64,000 bases of DNA from an uncultured Candidatus Rokubacteria bacterium (GTDB lineage: Bacteria; Methylomirabilota; Methylomirabilia; Rokubacteriales; CSP1-6), in assembly GCA_963771355.1 (NCBI GenBank), contig CAVYTA010000006.1, forward strand, positions 928,001 to 992,000, written 5' to 3'. The position numbers and the translations under genes are program-made. The notes below the pieces were generated by a model that ran no database searches, was not told where the DNA came from, and saw only the letters and a list, made by a program, of their open reading frames with translations. Shown in pieces: positions 58,888-64,000 of this stretch; the stretch's first letter is position 1, and every line of letters starts with the position of its first letter.

Positions 58888-59126
58888 CGGCGACTTGAGC
58901 GAAAGTGCTTCCTGAGATAGGCGGCGAGGCTGGCCTCGTCGTCGCCGCGCGCCTCCGCGTGCGTCTGCCAGGACGTCCCGTCGAATTGATAGTGCGACCA
59001 GCGCCCCCCGAAGACCTGGATGCGGTCGAGGAGATGCTCCCCGTGCGCGAAGAAGCAGGTGCCGCGCGTCGTGGGCACCTGCACCCAGCCGTGCGTTTCG
59101 AGGACTTGGAGGTACGCCGTTAGCAT
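58884..59126 (-). CDS. Small hypothetical protein (80 aa)
   Basis: GGAGGAG RBS upstream of ATG 59126; GC-biased codons. Confidence 0.6.
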   Translation of the reverse strand: MLTAYLQVLETHGWVQVPTTRGTCFFAHGEHLLDRIQVFGGRWSHYQFDGTSWQTHAEARGDDEASLAAYLRKHFRSSRR

Positions 59127-59559
59127 TTGGTCTGGCTCTCCTCCCTCGACTAGGAGTGCAATCGAAGCACCACTCCAAAATCGCCAAAAACGTCGCGGGG
59201 ATGCCAGACTTCTCCTGGCCTCGAAGGCATCACATTTGCGGGGTGGCTCACGTGTTCTGGAGCCCGGCCGGCAGGCTCGCCGCCGACCAAACCGCGAGGC
59301 GGCAGGCGCACTACGCGTGTATCGTGTTCGCCTCAATCTCGACGGGACGCTCCACCATCGCGGCGACGAGCCGCCACTAGAGCCCGAGGCATACGACTCC
59401 CAACACGACGGCCAGCCCCGTCGTACTCCAGGCGACAGCCGCTCCACAGGCGAGGAACGGGGCGAGCGGTAGAGCGGCGAAGCAGAGCGTGCTCCTTACA
59501 GGATCGCCCTGACCGCCTGCTCTGGATGCCGTAGTGCTGGAATCGAACGCAACCAGGAG

Positions 59560-59811
59560 GTGCGGCCCGGGCGCTTAAATGTCATCGCCGGGCTCGTGGC
59601 CTTGGTTCTCGTCGGAGCTGTCCTGTGGATCATGTTCTACGGCCCGCGGGCAACGCGGGGTGTCGCCAGCGTCGCCAGCACCGAAACCTCCACCGCTCCG
59701 GCGACGAGCGAGAGCACCACGAGGAACAGCACGAGGTTGATCCAGTCGGCCATCAACCCGCCTCCCCGAGGATCGGCACCAGCTGCGCCGTCTCGCCATC
59801 CACGGGAATGA
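59560..59811 (+). CDS. Possible small bitopic membrane protein
   Basis: One hydrophobic segment followed by a Ser/Thr/Pro-rich tail. Confidence 0.35.
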   Translation: MRPGRLNVIAGLVALVLVGAVLWIMFYGPRATRGVASVASTETSTAPATSESTTRNSTRLIQSAINPPPRGSAPAAPSRHPRE

Positions 59812-60004
59812 CAACCCACTCGCGCATGTGGCCGCACCACTCGACCCTATGCCTGAACCGTGGAGGCTCCCCCATGTACCCGCGGGAGCCGACGCTTTTC
59901 GATCCCCGCCCGTACCGGAACACCGACCCACGGACGTTCAGCTCTCTGCTCTGCGACTAAGCGGAGTCTGCTGACCCGTTCGACTCCACACGCCGAGGGC
60001 GAGG

Positions 60005-60120
60005 GGTCCACCCGGGATGAGTCCGATCCGGTACATCTGCCCTGCCGGTTGCGCCTCGGCGGCGAGCGGTGTGGTAAGCAGCGCGGCAGCACCGGCAAGG
60101 AACGCGCGGCGATCGGTCAC
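60005..60120 (-). pseudogene. 5' fragment of orphan SBP (head only)
   Basis: [34 protein letters not shown]; closely matches the 54236 head; GTGA overlap with the upstream SBP stop. Confidence 0.8.
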
Positions 60121-61112
60121 TCGATCACCTGATCCGCCTGCAAGAGCAACGACCGCGGGATCGTCAGGCCGAGGACCTTCGCGGTCTTGAGGTTGATGAT
60201 CAGCTCGAACTTTACCGGCGCCTGGACGGGAAGCTCGTTCGGCGTCGCACCCTTGAGGATGCGATCCGCATAAGTCGCCGCGCGCTGGAAACTATCGAGC
60301 AGGTCATTTCCGTAGGACAGCAGCCCGCCCAGTTCAATGAAATCACGAAACGGATAGACGGCAGGAAGACGGTAGCGAGCAGCCAGCGATGTAATCCTTT
60401 CGCGATGGGTGACCAGGAATGAATCCGTCATCACGACGAGTCCACCATTCGGCGTGCGTGCCTGTGCTGCAATGGCGGATTCGAGCTCTGAGGTGTTGCG
60501 AACAGGGGTGGGAATCGCTTCCATGGCGACGGAGGCAGCGGCGGCTTTGAAGGGGCCCAGATAATATTCCGCAAAGGGCGCCGTTGCCGGGTTGAAGATG
60601 AAGGCGACCCGGGCGACACGCGGCGCAACCTCCTTGAGCAGCTCCAGCCACTTGCTGGCCATTGTCGGCTCAATGTTGGTAAACCCGGTGACGTTGCCAC
60701 CAGGCCGCGGAAAGCTCGCAACGAAGCCGCTGCCGATCGGATCCGAAACGACCGCGAAGACGATGGGGATGGTGCGCGTGTGTTGCAGCAAAGTCGCCGT
60801 GGTAGGGGTGTTATGTGAAAGAATGAGGTCGGGCTGTAGCGCGACAAGCTCCTTCGCGAATCGTTGCATCGCTGGCGCGTCGGACGACGTCGCCCAGCGA
60901 ATATCGATGCGGACGTTGCGGCCCTCCGTCCACCCGAGCGTCTGGAGCCCCTTGCGGAACGCCCCGACGCGGGCCTGTGCTGGCGGGTCCCTCTCGGCAA
61001 GCCCCATCAGCACCCCGATCCGCCGCATCTGACTTGTTTGCTGGGCCCCGGCGGCGAGCGGCGCGGTAAGGAAACCTCCTGAGACCAGCGCGAGGAGCGT
61101 GCGTCGCTCCAT
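60117..61112 (-). CDS. Orphan ABC transporter substrate-binding protein (ABC_sub_bind-like)
   Basis: MERRTLL signal, [44 protein letters not shown]. Confidence 0.9.
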   Translation of the reverse strand: MERRTLLALVSGGFLTAPLAAGAQQTSQMRRIGVLMGLAERDPPAQARVGAFRKGLQTLGWTEGRNVRIDIRWATSSDAPAMQRFAKELVALQPDLILSHNTPTTATLLQHTRTIPIVFAVVSDPIGSGFVASFPRPGGNVTGFTNIEPTMASKWLELLKEVAPRVARVAFIFNPATAPFAEYYLGPFKAAAASVAMEAIPTPVRNTSELESAIAAQARTPNGGLVVMTDSFLVTHRERITSLAARYRLPAVYPFRDFIELGGLLSYGNDLLDSFQRAATYADRILKGATPNELPVQAPVKFELIINLKTAKVLGLTIPRSLLLQADQVIE

Positions 61113-61421
61113 CACGGGTCCCTTTTCAGTGCCGCTTTGAGCAGCCCCCGGATCGCCGCGTCGAGCTCCCGCCGGGCCTCCGACTTCCGCTGCCGGCTCC
61201 GAACGGCCCGACACCGGCCCCTGCACACCGCCTGGCCGGCGTGGATCGGCACCTTCTGGCACACGGGTCATAGCCGGGAGGCTAGCACGTCCTCAGGCGG
61301 TACTCCGGATCGTCGTCGACAGGACGATGGTCAAGGGCATGGTCGGTCTCCCGCCCGACAAGGTGCACTGCAGCACATACGTGGCTTGCATTCCGTCGGG
61401 CGCGCCCAGCAGCGGCACCGG

Positions 61422-61667
61422 TTACACATCGCATGTGGGCCACTCCTTCGACCAGACGTCGTAGCATTTGCGATGGAGCCGGATGGTGCCGCCGCCGGGC
61501 AGGTCGCATTCGACTTCGACGTCGCTGGCCGCGATGGGCCTCTCGCATGCCACGCAGATGCCGCCGGTTCCGGGCCCATACCAAGTCATGCGGCAGTGCA
61601 CCTTCGGGAGAACCCCGGCAAGGATCTTCTCCCGGATCGCGTGCCGCAGATCGTCGGATGGGCTCAT
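61422..61667 (-). CDS. Small CxxC...HxxC putative Zn-binding protein
   Basis: GPGTGGICVAC...LHRKCYDVW; paralog of 56623-56886. Confidence 0.7.
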   Translation of the reverse strand: MSPSDDLRHAIREKILAGVLPKVHCRMTWYGPGTGGICVACERPIAASDVEVECDLPGGGTIRLHRKCYDVWSKEWPTCDV

Positions 61668-61704
61668 GGCGAGGAGCATACGCCAGGCCGCTGGCTTCCA
61701 CCTT

Positions 61705-61839
61705 GGAGCCAAGCCCGGCGATCTCCCCATGGAGCAACCCGCGAAGTTCGAGCGGGTCATCCACCTCAAGAGCGCCAAGGCCCTCGGCGTGACCATCCCG
61801 AAGTCCCTCCTACTCCGAGCAGATCAGGTGCTCGACTGG
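61705..61839 (+). pseudogene. 3' fragment of orphan SBP (tail only)
   Basis: GAKPGDLPMEQPAKFERVIHLKSAKALGVTIPKSLLLRADQVLD. Confidence 0.8.
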
Positions 61840-62024
61840 CTCTCCCGGGGCCCCACCCGAGCATCCCCCTCCCACCTCGCCTCAGGTCCGGCACGGGCTG
61901 TATGTCCCCGTTCCGTGTGCACTTTATGTCGGTGTCATCTCCTTGACAGTCGATTCTCCTCGAGGACTATTCGCAAGTGCGCAATCTGTTTAGGGATTCC
62001 CCTTGGCCTGCACCTTGCTAGGAT

Positions 62025-62876
62025 ATGGAGCATGATTCAGGGGGGGTCTCGATCTCTGCCGAAGGCCGGCGCGGGGTGCGCTGGGTGGCGCGCGCGATCG
62101 GCTTTGCCCTACTCGGCATCGCGGCCGTCGCGGGCGCCACCGTCGGGCTCGAGGCGCAGGGGCGTCAGCCGCTCACGGGGCGCGTGGTGCGCGTCATGGA
62201 CGGCGACACCATCGCGGTGCGCGTGGACAAGCGTGTTTTTACCGTGCGCTACATCGGAACCAACACGCGCGACGCGCGCATGCCCGGGGATAGTGTGGAC
62301 GCGGGCCCCACCGAGGCGGCCGAGTTCAACCGTGCCCTCGTACTGGGGCAGACGGTGCGGCTCGAGATGGACGCGCAGGAAAAGGACGCGCAGGGCCGCC
62401 TGCTCGCCTACGTCTACGTCGGGGACCTGATGGTCAATGCCGAGCTCGTTGCCAATGGGTACGCCGAGGTCGCCATCAAGCCGCCGAACGTGATGCACGA
62501 GGAGATGCTCCAGCAACTGCAGCGCCAGGCGCGGCTCCTCAAGGTGGGGCGCTGGCGCGACTCGCCCTACGTCGGGCGCGAGCCCGGCAGCCGCCGCGCC
62601 GGCGCGCCTCCGAAGCAGTCCGCCTCCGCCGGCGATCCCAAGACGGCTCCGGCCGGACGCACCTTCGGCACGGTGGACCGGCCCGGGGCGGCGCCTCACG
62701 ACGCGTGGACCTGCCCCATCTCCCATCCCGTCAAGGGGGCCGTGAACCCCAGCAATACCGGAGAGCGGCTCTACCACCTGCCGGGAGGCGAGGCATACGC
62801 GAAGACCCAGCCCGAACGCTGCTACGCCAACGCCGAAGAGGCGCGCGAGGACGGGACGCGCCGCGCTCAGCGCTGA
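62025..62876 (+). CDS. Secreted thermonuclease (SNase-like) with C-terminal Cys/His domain
   Basis: DGDTI, VRYIG.NT, D..GRLLAYVY, NAELV.NGYA; C-terminal CP...VKG..N...YHLPG...Y....PERCY. Confidence 0.85.
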   Translation: MEHDSGGVSISAEGRRGVRWVARAIGFALLGIAAVAGATVGLEAQGRQPLTGRVVRVMDGDTIAVRVDKRVFTVRYIGTNTRDARMPGDSVDAGPTEAAEFNRALVLGQTVRLEMDAQEKDAQGRLLAYVYVGDLMVNAELVANGYAEVAIKPPNVMHEEMLQQLQRQARLLKVGRWRDSPYVGREPGSRRAGAPPKQSASAGDPKTAPAGRTFGTVDRPGAAPHDAWTCPISHPVKGAVNPSNTGERLYHLPGGEAYAKTQPERCYANAEEAREDGTRRAQR

Positions 62877-62882
62877 GCGGCC

Positions 62883-63209
62883 TCAGCCTCCCGGCGGCCG
62901 GTAGCCCGCGCCCTGGGCGAGCAGCATCGCGTCGAACCCCTCATCGGGGGACAGGAGGTGCGTGGTCTTGATATCCTTCACCGCGCCCCCGGCCGCCACC
63001 GCCATCGAAGCTGCCGCGGCGTTGACGTTGTCGGGAACGTCGAAGAACACCACGACGTCGTAGTCCCCCCAGCAGTAGTACCAGGCGTGAACCTTCCCGC
63101 CGAGCTTCTCGATTACGGGCCGTAGCGCCTCCATCCGATTCTCGGGCCGCTGCACGAGCCGGCTCCACGCCGTGCTCGTGTAGGACGCCTGCACCATGTA
63201 GGTCGGCAT
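62883..63209 (-). CDS. GYD-domain protein
   Basis: AGGAGG RBS; MPTY...SYT, LGG, GDYDVVV, TT.LL. Confidence 0.85.
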   Translation of the reverse strand: MPTYMVQASYTSTAWSRLVQRPENRMEALRPVIEKLGGKVHAWYYCWGDYDVVVFFDVPDNVNAAAASMAVAAGGAVKDIKTTHLLSPDEGFDAMLLAQGAGYRPPGG

Positions 63210-63516
63210 GGTCACCTCCTTGCCCCCGGCGAGTCGGGGGTGAGGCCACCGTAGTCCTCCGCGGCGTGAAGGGCAAGGAGCGCCGCGCCGTGGGGTAGGG
63301 AACCCGCACTCGTCGCGACGCGCCCGGCGCCGCTCCCGCCCGGGGAGCGAGCCCGTCGGCATTCTTTACGGGTCGGGGGCCACGCGGGTGACCCGAGCCT
63401 CATGTGCGCGTTTTTACTTGCCGGCCCAGAAGGGCATCATTCATGCACTATAGGGGTCGGCCACGGTGGAGGTGCGCCGAGGTACGAAAGATTGATAGGT
63501 GAGTGACGGGCATCGT

Positions 63517-64000
63517 ATGGCGGAACTGCTCTTCCTGGTGGCGCGCAATCATGTCGACATCCTGAGCCACCTGAGCCACGAGTTCGCGGGCGGCGACGTG
63601 CACATCCTGATCGACCGACGCTACGGTGAGCGCCGCCGCGCGAATGCGGGCGCGAGGGCCGCGCACGAGCGCCGCGGGCGCGATCGCCGCGCGCGCCGCG
63701 CCACCGATCGTGAGCTGCGCTCGATTGGCTATTCGATCGTCACGCTGGAACCAGCGGAGGGGCAGTTCTACCAGCCCAGCGCCCCCGCCAATCCCATGGC
63801 GGTGCGCGAGGTGACCGGCTACCTCCGCGATCGCTTCCGCTTCCACACGCCGGTCCCCTCCTGGGACGTCCGCCGCGACGGGCAGGGCTTCGTCCTCCTC
63901 AACGAGGAGGGCCGGCCCGCCCACCGGCTGCTCTTCGCCAAGGAGTTCCTGGACTACTACGGCAGTACCGGTGCGGAGCGCATCAGCCGCCTCCTCGACG
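63517..64000 (+). CDS. Hypothetical protein with N-terminal DRR/ERR domain (runs off window; absent from the ORF track)
   Basis: Open frame MAELLFLVARNHVDILSHLSHEFAGGDVHILIDRRYGERRR... continues to the window end; homologous to 51473 ORF. Confidence 0.75.
   Translation, partial: MAELLFLVARNHVDILSHLSHEFAGGDVHILIDRRYGERRRANAGARAAHERRGRDRRARRATDRELRSIGYSIVTLEPAEGQFYQPSAPANPMAVREVTGYLRDRFRFHTPVPSWDVRRDGQGFVLLNEEGRPAHRLLFAKEFLDYYGSTGAERISRLLD

Noticed and set aside
52340..62000. Intact prophage, integron or diversity-generating retroelement
   Set aside because: No structural or replication genes, no reverse transcriptase, and no recognisable attC array. The integrase is broken, and repeat differences are not adenine-specific.

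Overview
High-GC bacterial chromosome segment from a diderm, LPS-producing organism. Gene content and the small-protein and orphan-SBP families resemble Candidatus Rokubacteria/Methylomirabilota, which is an inference. Positions 1-51.5 kb are an almost uninterrupted + strand housekeeping run: clpC-bamA-skp-lpxD-lpxA-(gnnA-like)-lpxI-lpxB-DUF374-waaA-lpxK-waaF, five GT4 genes, gmhB-hldA-hldC-waaC-GT2, trpS-scpAB-rluB, pheA-hisC-tyrA-aroA-cmk-plsC-rpsA-sppA-ihfB, HIT-mutS-mutL-miaA-hflX-pgsA-DUF512-der, SPOR-cutA-ihfA-merR-tRNA-Pro-surE-pcm-tRNA-Pro-acyP-nlpD-like-rpoS-like. From about 52.3 kb to 62 kb lies a mosaic accessory region around tRNA-Arg(CCT). It holds a decayed tyrosine integrase, an XRE gene with a palindromic operator, interleaved 154/199-bp duplications and several small paralogous protein families. 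It also holds six whole or partial copies of one orphan ABC substrate-binding-protein family whose 5' heads and 3' tails share identical 18-bp DNA. That head/tail-conserved SBP repeat family is the best candidate here for an undescribed system. All calls come from reading the sequence; no searches were run.
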